Of a stretch of DNA of 64,000 nt, positions 12,468 to 22,463 are shown piece by piece; position 1 is the first letter of the stretch, and each line of letters starts with the position of its first letter. The notes beneath the pieces were generated by a model. It ran no database searches, was not told the origin of the DNA, and saw nothing but the letters and a program-made list of their open reading frames with translations. The stretch is from Trypanosoma brucei. Taxonomy: Eukaryota. The position numbers and the translations under genes are program-made. The stretch spans positions 448,001 to 512,000 of the forward strand of contig CP000071.1 of NCBI GenBank assembly GCA_000002445.1, written 5' to 3'.

Positions 12468-12714
12468 TTCCACATTACCGGAGAGCAGCATCTTATTGCG
12501 GATGATACTGCTGACAGCACGCTGGCACGTGCCCAGGGACCGAAAAATGAAAAACAGTGTCCCAACAAGACGCTGCTGATCCCTGTGCTGTATGATGCCG
12601 TATCCGGAGCAAAGCAGTGTTCCCCATGAAAGGAACGCTGCTGGCTCTTGGCTTCAGCCGATGAAAGTGGGTACTGGACCCTGGCACTCGTTGAGGTTGG
12701 CGGCGTCGGCAGGG
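12468..12714. repeat. Inverted-repeat arm A (about 247 bp), partner of 13928-14174
   Basis: The reverse complement of this segment is about 90% identical to 13928-14174. Examples are ccagggtccagtacc, agccagcagcgttcctttcatggggaacactgct and ggatcagcagcgtcttgttgggacactgtttttcatt. The two arms encode near-identical peptides in the ORF track (12152..12727 minus and 13734..14282 plus). Confidence 0.85.
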
Positions 12715-13927
12715 TATTCGCGAGCAAAACACCACAGAAGGTGAGGTGGTCGGCAACCTAAAAGGAATCATTACTCAAAGAAAATAACGCCTTGGGGCTG
12801 CCCGATGGACTCGCCCTTTCGGGTCGATGGTTGCGTATGAAAACCGTTTCTCCTTTCATATCGATCCTTTGCTGCGTATGCGGAGCCGAAAACGCCGAGG
12901 GGCCACCCTTGCAACATCCGTCAATTGCGCGCACATATATTACGGCAAATGTCCCACATCCCCGTTATGGATCAGTTTGCACATATTATCGATTCCACAG
13001 CAAATCCTTGGTCGATTAAGGCGTGTTGGCTTTGCATCGCGGCATTATGAATGAGTATTACGTATCCGCGTTGGCAGAAATTAGTGCACGCACAGAGCGT
13101 CTTGGCCAGCAAGCAGCGGTGATAAATTTGGGTCGATGAGTGTTGGACGTGATGGTCTTGCGGCTACAGAAGATTGTGGCGATAAGCGAGATCAAACAAG
13201 CAAGTCCCTTAACTAAAGGTCGGAATGGCTCAGATTATTACTTTTTGCTCGGATTGGAAGGAGTGTGTGGTTTTTGCGTTTGGTGTGGATTACGACAAGT
13301 CGTCTGCTGGAGATCCCGGCACTGATACGGAAGCATTTCTAATGGAACAGGGACAGTGTAGTGCCCCTCGATTGGTTGGTGACACCCAAGACAGCCAAGT
13401 CCAATTCACACCGAGCAAGTCGTTAAGTTCGCATTCGGGGATTAGGACGCTCTCGATATTACGCGACTACTCTCCACTTTGAAGCTCAAGGAACATGTAA
13501 CAACGCTCACAACAACCAAAGTCGAACATATTCTCGCTCCGTGGGAGATGATGACGCACCCCGTTAGGAGAGGAGGCTTTACAGCATGCTGCAGGCACAA
13601 TTTGTGGAAGAGCATGGCATGGATCCTCACATTATTTTCCAACCAATGAAACACATCTATCCGTTCCGCATGCCGAGGAACACTGTCAGCCACTTGGACA
13701 AATGCACCGCCATGTTGACTAATATGTAGAATAGTGTCCCTATGGTGTAAGCCATGTCTTAGACGAAGGATAAGAGCCATGGGAGCCGCCAGGGCGTTGT
13801 CCCTTCAAGACGCACGGTTATACGATAACAAGGAGGGCGCACGCCACACGCCTGTTGAATACGCAGGACAAGGCTTCCATTCCTTTACAGCAAGTGCACG
13901 TCCCGCTGCTGGAGATATATTGAATCC

Positions 13928-14174
13928 CCTGGCGATGCCGGCCACCTCAACGTGGTGCCAGGGTCCAGTACCCCGTATCACCGGGGAAAGCAAGAGCCAG
14001 CAGCGTTCCTTTCATGGGGAACACTGCTGTGCTCCGGCTACGGCATCATACAGCACAGGGATCAGCAGCGTCTTGTTGGGACACTGTTTTTCATTTGTCG
14101 GTCCCTGGGCACGTGCCAGCGTGCTGTCAGCAGTATCATCCGCAATAAGATGCTGCTGTCCGGTGATGTGGAAC
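13928..14174. repeat. Inverted-repeat arm B (about 247 bp), partner of 12468-12714
   Basis: See arm A. The arms are separated by about 1.2 kb of unique sequence. Confidence 0.85.
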
Positions 14175-15639
14175 TCCAAAAAAGGATTGCTAATTGACAT
14201 CTTTGGGAGAGTCCAGGGTGGGGGGCTTCTCGCCCCATCTGCTGTATTCCGTTCATCTGCGGAAATACAACAAGAGTTATAGAGGGTGTGTTAGGATGAA
14301 TAAAAAAAGGGAGGCTCTGCCACAGTTGCCAGACCGATAGCATCTCAGGGCTCTACGGTGATGGCTGATGGCCGCGCCAGTGGGGGGAAACTTTCACGAA
14401 GGCACGAAGAAAATTCCAAAAAAAAAATATTGAATCATTTCTCGCTTAAATTCGAGTGTGAAATGTAGATTTCAACATCTCTGGGGACTGATCGGAATGA
14501 GACCAAAAGGGACCAGTGAAAGGAGCCCTCATGTTATTTCCATCGGCGATGATCGTCTACTTTGGAAGGTCGGTATCGTAAAGGATGCCTCCTCCGCACC
14601 AACAGGAGCTCGGGTCATCCCTTTTCTCAGTTGCAGAGGATAAACCCTCCAACGAGCGTCGCTGGTGAATTGCGGGGCCTAAAGAGAAATAACAAAAGCG
14701 GATGAACCTTACGAGGCAATTGTTCCTTTTGGAACACATTTCAAAATACCTCCATGCGGTTACTATCCTGAGTTGTCGACTTTTTCTGTCTGTTTTTTTT
14801 ATTTTTTCTTAGAGGCGTTACGTCGTCGTCTTTTGCCTCGGACAGAGAACTTGTCCCCGCCACAGAGGCCGCTTTGTTGCCACTGTCCGCACTTGGTTTA
14901 GTAAGTGGGTATTACTTTCTTGCCTGTTTAAAAAGAAGAAACGCACGGTTACACCCAATTGGGAACCCGCAGTTGATTTGGTCACAGATGGCTCTTTGAG
15001 GGGTTGTGGGTCTGGGGCATGTCTTCTTATTGGATTCCGGTGAGGTGAAAGTAATGTTATGTGGTGTCGTTGGTTTAAGTTCCCTTTTCTTATCATGCAG
15101 GCTCAGGCCCGTGTCCTCTGACTCTCCTCAGTAGCATTCGTGGAATCCTTTCCCCCTGAGTATTGACATTTGGGTTGATAATACATTCCTGTAAGGCGCG
15201 GAACCAAAAGGAAACACAAAAGCCTACGGTCTTTCTGTGGCCATGGATGAGATGTTTATGATATTTGATTTCCACAACATTAGCACAAATTACTCGTTTA
15301 ACCGCTCCGTCAGCAAACCGGCGGTCGGCTCCCGCGGAGGCACACGGTTAAACTGTGCAAAGTTGGTGAAAGAGTTTAACTGACAAAAGGAAGTGGCGGT
15401 GTCCCGAGGCTTTTGGGGACCACAAGAACTGCCCTTTCACAGGTCTACTGTGAAATAAATATTCCGCTGCTGCTTGCCACCCAAGTTTGTGTCAGATGGG
15501 TATTGATGATTATATATGGTTATACATTTAGTTTATAATTCCTTGCTCCTCGCTTTAATTATATTTAATAAGTTGACCATTCGAACCGCACCGAAACTCG
15601 TATTTTTAAAAGATTTGTTTTCACTCGTCTTGGGGTTTT

Positions 15640-16032
15640 GTAGATTTTTTTGTATTTACACTCCTTTTTATTCGTTTCAAAGTCGATAATTCTGTTGATT
15701 TTCAATTTAAATGTTGTAAAAGTATTTTTTCTCTTAAATTTATGAGATTCTTCCGTGGAGCTTCAGTTTTTTCTTTGTTATTTGTTTTGTCTTTTATACC
15801 TAAAAATATTTGGAGAGAATCAGTGTGTTTGTGTTTTTTTGTGTAATATTTACCCATATATTTCAGTGGGGAGATTACAGAAGTAATATATATATATATA
15901 AAAGATCCTTTGTATTGCTTATGTGCTTTGTCTTTAAGCGGTTGTTGCTTTTCCTTTTTAACATATATTTTTGAAACATGATTTGGCCACATATTTTTTA
16001 TATTAGTTTTATTTAAATATTCTGTAGATTGA
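15640..16032 (+). promoter_or_regulatory. Pyrimidine-rich intergenic tract with candidate spliced-leader acceptor AGs upstream of TSR1 (trans-splicing / coupled polyadenylation signal region)
   Basis: T/C-rich runs (ttttttttgtatttacactcctttttattcgtttc ... ttttttatattagttttatttaaatattctgtag) lie immediately 5' of the ATG at 16033. This is typical of kinetoplastid polypyrimidine-tract/AG processing signals. The precise acceptor is not determinable from sequence. Confidence 0.4.
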
Positions 16033-18366
16033 ATGGCACGTAATAAGGCTCACAAGCAGAGGTTTGCATCTAAACGTGCTGTTTCGGGTTTGGCAAAGGG
16101 ACGCACTATTCCAACGAAAAAGGAGAGTGTAAAAGCGCTTCATCCGTTGGAGGCCAAAGAGAGATCAAGGCAGTCTTTAGCTGCCCTGCGGGACAAGAAA
16201 AGGGCCAATGCCCTTCAACAAAAGAGAATCGGGAAAATATCCGGGTTGCCTCGGGCTGTTGGTGTTCTACCAGCAAATGAATCGGCTAACACGAACGCGG
16301 TCATTCGGGGCTTGTGCTTTTCTTTGGGGAGTGAAGTTCGTGACACTTGCCTCCCGTTCACTGCAAGTTCGAAAGAAAAGAAGGCATCTTTTACATTTAT
16401 GTCAGAGCGGAATGGCAATCTTCAGAGTTGTGTTGACATCGGTAAGGTCGCTGACTTTTTGGTGTTAGCACTGGATGTCTCGCGATCCGTACAGGAAATG
16501 ATACGTAACGTGCAAGAATCTATGGAAGTAGAAGATTGTGATGATGTTGGCTCCGTTGTGGCTACTACATGGTACGGAGATATTGGTCTTTGTATCACTG
16601 CGTTCACAAGAGAGCTGATTGCAGCTCTTAATGCCCAAGGGGTGCCGAGTGTAGCTGTAGTACTGCAAAATCTTGATACGTTCACTGAAAAGCAGCGTCA
16701 TAAAGTTATTAAGGTTCACCAGCGTTACTTTTTATCTGTTCTCCCTGAAACGACGAAGGTATTTACTGTGATTGATCAGGGTGACTATGACCCGGTGCTT
16801 CGGCATCTCCATGTCGCTAAACTTCGTTCACTAGCATGGCGTGATCAACATCCGTATTTGATAGTGGAGGAGGGATATTTTGATGATGATGCTCAAAAAC
16901 TTGTCGTAGGTGGTTACCTTCGTGGCATGGCACTCTCGGCCGAGCAATTGATTCACCTCACAAACCACGGGACGTTTCAGATTGAGAACATATGCCGGGG
17001 GGACCCAAGGGGTGATGAAGCCCAGGTTATTGATTCGTGTGAGAAGGCACACAGAGAGTCACTTGACTACGTTCAAGTGAATGCCACTCTTGACGATGCA
17101 GACGGACCAACTGAGGAAGATATTGCCTATCACAAATCAATAGGATTCAAAAAGGTCAAAGTTCCAGAGGGTGTATCTGATTACCAGGCAGCATGGTATG
17201 AATTCGAGGGTAGTGATATAAACTCGGAGACAGATATTGGTGAATCGGTACCGGGGGACGATGAGTATGCTGCGTCTGATCACTTTTCTCAGGGGACTTT
17301 AAGAACAACAGTTGACTTTCTTAAGGTGGAGGATGTAATTCGTTTGGAGCGGATGAACGACGACGAACGAGCTGCGGAAATACAGAGACTTAAAGAGGAG
17401 AGTGAAGAAGATGCGTGGAATCCAGATATTGTAGACACACCTTTCAATCTACCAGCAAGGCAAAGATTTATGAAATATCGCGGACTCAAGAGCTTCCAAA
17501 CGGGTAAATGGGACGCGGCGGAGAATCTCCCGCCACATTACGCTTATATTTACAAGTTACAGGGCATAACCCGCATTCGTGAGGCAGCGCTAGCGAAATG
17601 CGCCAGTGGAAGTGTCGCAACTGAGCAATTTGTGTATATAACACTCGTGGATGTTCCAAGTAAGGTCTGGAGAAGCGCTGTCGAAGGCGGTTGCATTATT
17701 GCATCGGGTCAGCTGGAGCATGAGCAGAAATGGTCAGTCCTTCACTTTAGGATTCAAAGGAGCTCGGATTGCGATGAACCAATTAAGTCAAAAATACCTA
17801 TGCTCGCTCATATAGGTTTTAGGAAGTTTTACGTGTCACCCATCTTCAGTGACATTACTACCTCAGATCGTACGAAGTTTGCCCGCTTTTTTCATCCAAA
17901 CGAAAAATTTTGTATGGCGAGTTTTTTTGGCCCTATATCGTATCAGCCTTGCCCTATTCTTTTGTTTGAAGTTCCGTCACTGGAGGAGCAGAATGAGGAC
18001 AATTCATTGCATTTGGCTTGCTTTGGAGGGGCACTACCGCCAAATCCAGACCTGTTGGTGCTCAAGCGTGCGGTACTGACGGGAAGAGTAGCGACTATTC
18101 ACAAAAAACAAATTGTAGTCAAATACATGTTTTTCAACGACGAGGACGTGCAGTGGTTTCAATCTGTGGACCTTCGCACTCGGTTGGGGAGACGTGGGAA
18201 AATAATAAAGGCTGTGGGAACTCGTGGGCTGTTTAAAGCATCCTTGAACGATCAGGTAATGCAGCATGATCTTGTTTGCATGGATCTTTATAAGCGTGTC
18301 TTCCCGAAGTGGACAACTTTGCCGTTTTGCATTTCGGATGTTCCGAAAGTTGTTGCCGAAGAGTAG
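16033..18366 (+). CDS. TSR1: Ribosome biogenesis protein TSR1 (BMS1/TSR1 family, AARP2CN/DUF663 C-terminal domain, no P-loop)
   Basis: A 777-aa ORF with an ATG start. The N-terminus is basic (MARNKAHKQRFASKRAV...). No GxxxxGKS P-loop is present, which argues against BMS1. The C-terminal region (VLTGRVATIHKKQIVVKYMFFNDEDVQWFQSVDLRTRLGRRGKI) is typical of the BMS1/TSR1 C-terminal domain. Confidence 0.8.
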   Translation: MARNKAHKQRFASKRAVSGLAKGRTIPTKKESVKALHPLEAKERSRQSLAALRDKKRANALQQKRIGKISGLPRAVGVLPANESANTNAVIRGLCFSLGSEVRDTCLPFTASSKEKKASFTFMSERNGNLQSCVDIGKVADFLVLALDVSRSVQEMIRNVQESMEVEDCDDVGSVVATTWYGDIGLCITAFTRELIAALNAQGVPSVAVVLQNLDTFTEKQRHKVIKVHQRYFLSVLPETTKVFTVIDQGDYDPVLRHLHVAKLRSLAWRDQHPYLIVEEGYFDDDAQKLVVGGYLRGMALSAEQLIHLTNHGTFQIENICRGDPRGDEAQVIDSCEKAHRESLDYVQVNATLDDADGPTEEDIAYHKSIGFKKVKVPEGVSDYQAAWYEFEGSDINSETDIGESVPGDDEYAASDHFSQGTLRTTVDFLKVEDVIRLERMNDDERAAEIQRLKEESEEDAWNPDIVDTPFNLPARQRFMKYRGLKSFQTGKWDAAENLPPHYAYIYKLQGITRIREAALAKCASGSVATEQFVYITLVDVPSKVWRSAVEGGCIIASGQLEHEQKWSVLHFRIQRSSDCDEPIKSKIPMLAHIGFRKFYVSPIFSDITTSDRTKFARFFHPNEKFCMASFFGPISYQPCPILLFEVPSLEEQNEDNSLHLACFGGALPPNPDLLVLKRAVLTGRVATIHKKQIVVKYMFFNDEDVQWFQSVDLRTRLGRRGKIIKAVGTRGLFKASLNDQVMQHDLVCMDLYKRVFPKWTTLPFCISDVPKVVAEE

Positions 18367-18769
18367 CAATTCTAAATTTAAGGACGCTGGTGGGAGGGTA
18401 GCTTTCTTTTTTTTAAATAGTGGGTCGCATTAACAGGCAATGAAGTAACTAGTCGTTTAATCAGACTTTATTTGCTTAACCATCATTAGCTAAGTTAGAA
18501 AATTTCCCCCAGATAATACATTCGTGTTTATTTATTTGGATGTTCAATTTTTGCACTTGTCCCAACTTTCAAGTTAATCTGTAGTAAGGAGAAGGAGGGG
18601 GAGAATACTTAGATATTTTTTCCACCTTGAAAGGCATAACTTTTATCCTTTTGTGGGCAATCTCGACCAACATATACATAGGAAGGCAGATAAGTTTCAC
18701 TGTTAGAACAGTATCAATTAAGGGGTTAGCGTGGGAGAGAAACATTCGAATCAAAAAAAAAAAAAGGAA

Positions 18770-20329
18770 ATGAGACGTTTCATTTCTGTTTCTAAGCACA
18801 TGCCCGGCCGTCACTCGTCTTATGCGGCAGGTCTATTCAACTTCAAGATTGTGCCGGATGAGATGTTTCCATACCCCTGTCGTAAGGTTGATGGTGATGA
18901 AGCAGAGAACTTACAATTGTTGCTGGAAGACGTCCGAAAAAATGGCAGCACACTTACAAATCTTTATGGAGCCCGTATAAGTACGGAATATGGTGGGATG
19001 GATCTTGGTCACACCGCCCATGCTTTAATATATGAGGAAGTTGGTGCAAAGTGTAATGCTGACATGCTATCGCTAATAGGCCACAGTGGTATGTGTACTT
19101 ATCTCTTATCGGCAGTTGGGGACAAGTCGTTAAAGGGAGAGTATTTAACGGCGATGTCTGACGGTAGTGTAGTGATGGGGTGGGCGGTTGAAGAAAGCAA
19201 TGGGAGCGACTTTAGCATGACTTCAACTAAAGCCTCTCTCCGCGATGACAAGTACGTATTAACAGGGGAAAAACATTGTTTTAACGCCGCGAAAGCTACG
19301 CATTTTTTGGTCTTAGGTAAGACATTTACTCAAATTGTTGCGGAGGAGGGGGCTACTACAGTCGAACGCCTGTCATTTTTTATATGCGCCAAAGACGCCC
19401 CCGGTGTGAAGGTGGTCGGGAACTCCGTTGCCATGGAAAATACTCCAGCCCGCTGCGCAGTTGGTGTAGTGGGCGAAGGGTTTAAAAACGCGATGATAAC
19501 GTTGTTTACAGAACAATACCTATACACGGCCTCACTTCTTGGGATAATGAAGCGTATCCTTCAAATTCTGGGGGAGTCCAATGCTGGAGAGGGTGCTGGT
19601 GGGCTTATCGGTTCTTTTGCCTGCTTTGTATATGCTATGGAGTCCACTATTTACGCCCTGGCTGCTATAGCGGACACACCTGTGGAGGACAGTCTGCTGG
19701 AGTGTACGTTAACGGCTGCGTTTACCCAAAGCACTGTAACGAAACTATTAAAGGATTTGGAGATATCAATCCCACCAAGCGTGCAACTGGAGGAGTGTAT
19801 TTCTTGCGCGAGAAGCATCTTAAATCAAACGGAGCAGGATCATTTTTTATATGCCGCGGCTGTTTGCTGCGGCATCGAGGATTATGGCTTGTTTTTCCAA
19901 AATGCATCGACATTGCAAGTGATGCAGGCGAGGTTGCTTCGATCGTTGGGGGTGCGCGATCGTATTCCCATTAAGAATGTCAGGAATGCGTCACTGATTG
20001 ACGAGGTGGTTGTGACATTTGGGAATGCCGTGGAAACCACCTTTGTAAGAAGTGGTTCCCACGTTCAGTACCAGCAACTACTTCTTGATCGGTTGGGGGA
20101 AGCTGCATCTCTTATTTACGCAGCATCAGCTGTGGCCTCTCGGGCCTCGCTGTGTGTTGCAAAAGGCCTTCCTTCGTTGGAACTCGAGGAAAGTTTAGCG
20201 GCATGCTTTGTTTCTTCTGCTGTTAGTAGGTCTCGGGTCCTCTGCGAGGAGGTCTGTAACGTAGGTAAGACAGCTGATGATATATTGAGAAGAATTGCCC
20301 TCGATATTTGCGAAGATGCTTTACAGTAG
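18770..20329 (+). CDS. Acyl-CoA dehydrogenase family protein, VLCAD/ACAD9-like, divergent (putative mitochondrial)
   Basis: The track ORF 18731-20329 starts with GTG, and the first in-frame ATG is at 18770 ([18 protein letters not shown]..., a basic, presequence-like N-terminus). It aligns by eye to VLCAD/ACAD9. [14 protein letters not shown] matches [34 protein letters not shown] matches [38 protein letters not shown] matches [31 protein letters not shown] matches GEVGSGFKVAM. Confidence 0.75.
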   Translation: [519 protein letters not shown]

Positions 20330-20568
20330 CGATTTGCGCCAGAGTGTGGGGGAGGTGGGGAGGCTGGAGACGGGTAGTGAGGGTGATGTGGGGCTTAAGG
20401 TTTCGCGTTAAGAGGTATGTGCACGGTTACCGGCTAAGGCCGGAATGCTGTTAAGTTCGTTGGTTGTCATATCTGTACCGCAGAAGTGCAAATTCTCTTT
20501 CACCCACGTCTTTTCCTGGATCTACCCCTGTGTGACGGTCTTGAAGAAAATATTTATGCTGGGCATTG

Positions 20569-21069
20569 ATGTTCTGCTTCAGTAGAGGATTGTGGATGCG
20601 CCACATTGGTCAGGATGTGCCAAAGCGGCACACTCACTTTGTGCTTGAAAGTAGACTGATGTACGAAAAATCTTTTCGGGACTGTTGGCTTCACAGCGTC
20701 TGCCGGGCCATTTCTCAACTGGACGAACCGCTATCAAAAACTGTTGTGGGGACCCACCAAAAGATGCTTCAGCGAAAGGTCACATGCTTTCAGTACAACC
20801 AGTACGGGTTGTTTAAGACGCCGTACTATCGTTTAGCTAACGTTGATAGGTACCATGCGGTTCAGGGTGTTGCGGGAACGCGGGAGTGGGTTCCATACGT
20901 AAACGTCTCATACTGGACGATGAACAAAATGGTTCGTGGTGGTAACCTTTTGGTACACAGAGTCCACTACACTGGATGGGGAACAGATTCTCATCTCAAA
21001 AAGGGCGGTTGGGAGCATCGGTGGAATAAGGTCCTGCAGCGCAACGTTCTTCAGTATAGTCGGATTTAG
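20569..21069 (+). CDS. Hypothetical protein (166 aa)
   Basis: A sense-strand ORF in the same orientation as its neighbours. The track start is TTG, and the first ATG is at 20569. No recognisable domain. Confidence 0.45.
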   Translation: MFCFSRGLWMRHIGQDVPKRHTHFVLESRLMYEKSFRDCWLHSVCRAISQLDEPLSKTVVGTHQKMLQRKVTCFQYNQYGLFKTPYYRLANVDRYHAVQGVAGTREWVPYVNVSYWTMNKMVRGGNLLVHRVHYTGWGTDSHLKKGGWEHRWNKVLQRNVLQYSRI

Positions 21070-21240
21070 GTTAAGTATCGATGGTAGCATGCGGCGGCTG
21101 TCGATGCTTGTGAAGAGTTAATATTACGTCCTCGTTGTCTTGTTGCCATTGTATGCCACTACCTGTGGTAATGCTGCGCTCATAATATTTCCATTGTTGT
21201 CGTTTATGGACTCACTTTCGCTTTTTGTCGAACACTTAGT

Positions 21241-21729
21241 ATGTTAAAGGTAGGCCAGAGACACATGGGTCGTGTGATTCGGATCGGTGATTTTGCGTCC
21301 ACGCGGCGGGTCATTACGTTAGATGACGTTAAAGCGTTCGGGCCGCTTGTCGGCGATTCCAACCCTATTCATGTGGATGAAGCTGCGGCGAAGGCTGCTG
21401 GTTTTCAGTCTCCAGTTGTGCATGGGATGCTAGCCGGTTCTCTTTTCTCAGGGCTGTTGGGGTCAGAGCTCCCGGGGCCGCAGTCGATTTACATGAGCCA
21501 GACATTGCGCTTCGTGGTCCCTCTGTTTGTTGGCGACGAGGTGGAGGCGCGTATCGAGGTGACTCAATTCAGAAGAACGAAGTTTATGATAGCTTTCCGC
21601 ACGACCGTGTTCCGCATTGACAAGCAAACAGGGGAAAAAACCCTCTGTATCGAAGGCACTGCGGTGGGCATGAACAAGACAGTTACCTTTGAAGGTGAGA
21701 GCGAGTGGAATGTGCCCCGTGTCGAGTAG
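21241..21729 (+). CDS. MaoC-like (R)-specific enoyl-CoA hydratase / hotdog-fold dehydratase
   Basis: ATG start. The hallmark MaoC dehydratase motif DSNPIHVDEAAAKAAGFQSPVVHGML is present. Its 162 aa length is typical of single hotdog domains. Confidence 0.8.
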   Translation: MLKVGQRHMGRVIRIGDFASTRRVITLDDVKAFGPLVGDSNPIHVDEAAAKAAGFQSPVVHGMLAGSLFSGLLGSELPGPQSIYMSQTLRFVVPLFVGDEVEARIEVTQFRRTKFMIAFRTTVFRIDKQTGEKTLCIEGTAVGMNKTVTFEGESEWNVPRVE

Positions 21730-22463
21730 CGTTTGACGTTAACGAAGAAAGGAGGTTGTGCCGTACCGTTTTGCATTTTCTCGTCTTCTTGTTTTGGGAG
21801 CGTTGGGGGAGGCTGTGTGAGGGTTGTGACTGAGGCGATGAATGCGCATTCTAAGCAAACAAAAGGAAAAGGACAACTAAAAAGTTGAAACAATGGTGAG
21901 GTGGAGCGGGGATAAAAAGACGACTTGTCAACACTTCTTGTCCATGCCGTTTCAATGTTCTTACTTGTATCCACGATCAGCTTCTGTATCCAGGGCAAAC
22001 GCCCATCTAGTACGCGACCGATGGTGGACCCCACTTGAAAGGTGTGGGTATGGAACTCTAGGCGCTGTTGGAGAAAGGAAATTAAGGACGGAAAAAATAA
22101 GTGAGACCGAGCCGTAAATCATGAGCTCAGTAACTTGGGTATAGAGACTCTCCAAATTGAGAGGATTGAAGATAGTGAGTGCAGTACAGTACGCGGTGCG
22201 GATGGTTGTTGCTGCATCGTATCCGCGATTTCGAAGTGAGAGCCCGCTTTGCCGGGCGTGTGGTGACCTGTTTCTCCGGGATAAGAATCATTCTTCCGCG
22301 GTATTTCCCCCTTCCCTCTTCCGTTTGCTTTGTCGGACCAGAAGCTGCTGGTGTGCGTGTGTGTAGACACGGTGAGCGGCGAGACCCGAGAGGGGTCTGT
22401 TTTTGAATATATAAGGTACAAAAGTTGGTGAAAAGCCTTTTATTGCTCCTGATTTGGACTTCT

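Noticed and set aside
13734-14282. 182-aa plus-strand ORF and the mirrored 191-aa minus-strand ORF (12152..12727)
   Set aside because: Both are simply translations of the two arms of the inverted repeat, so the same peptide appears twice. The minus-strand ORF runs straight out of the truncated 5S gene. There is no start context and no homology.
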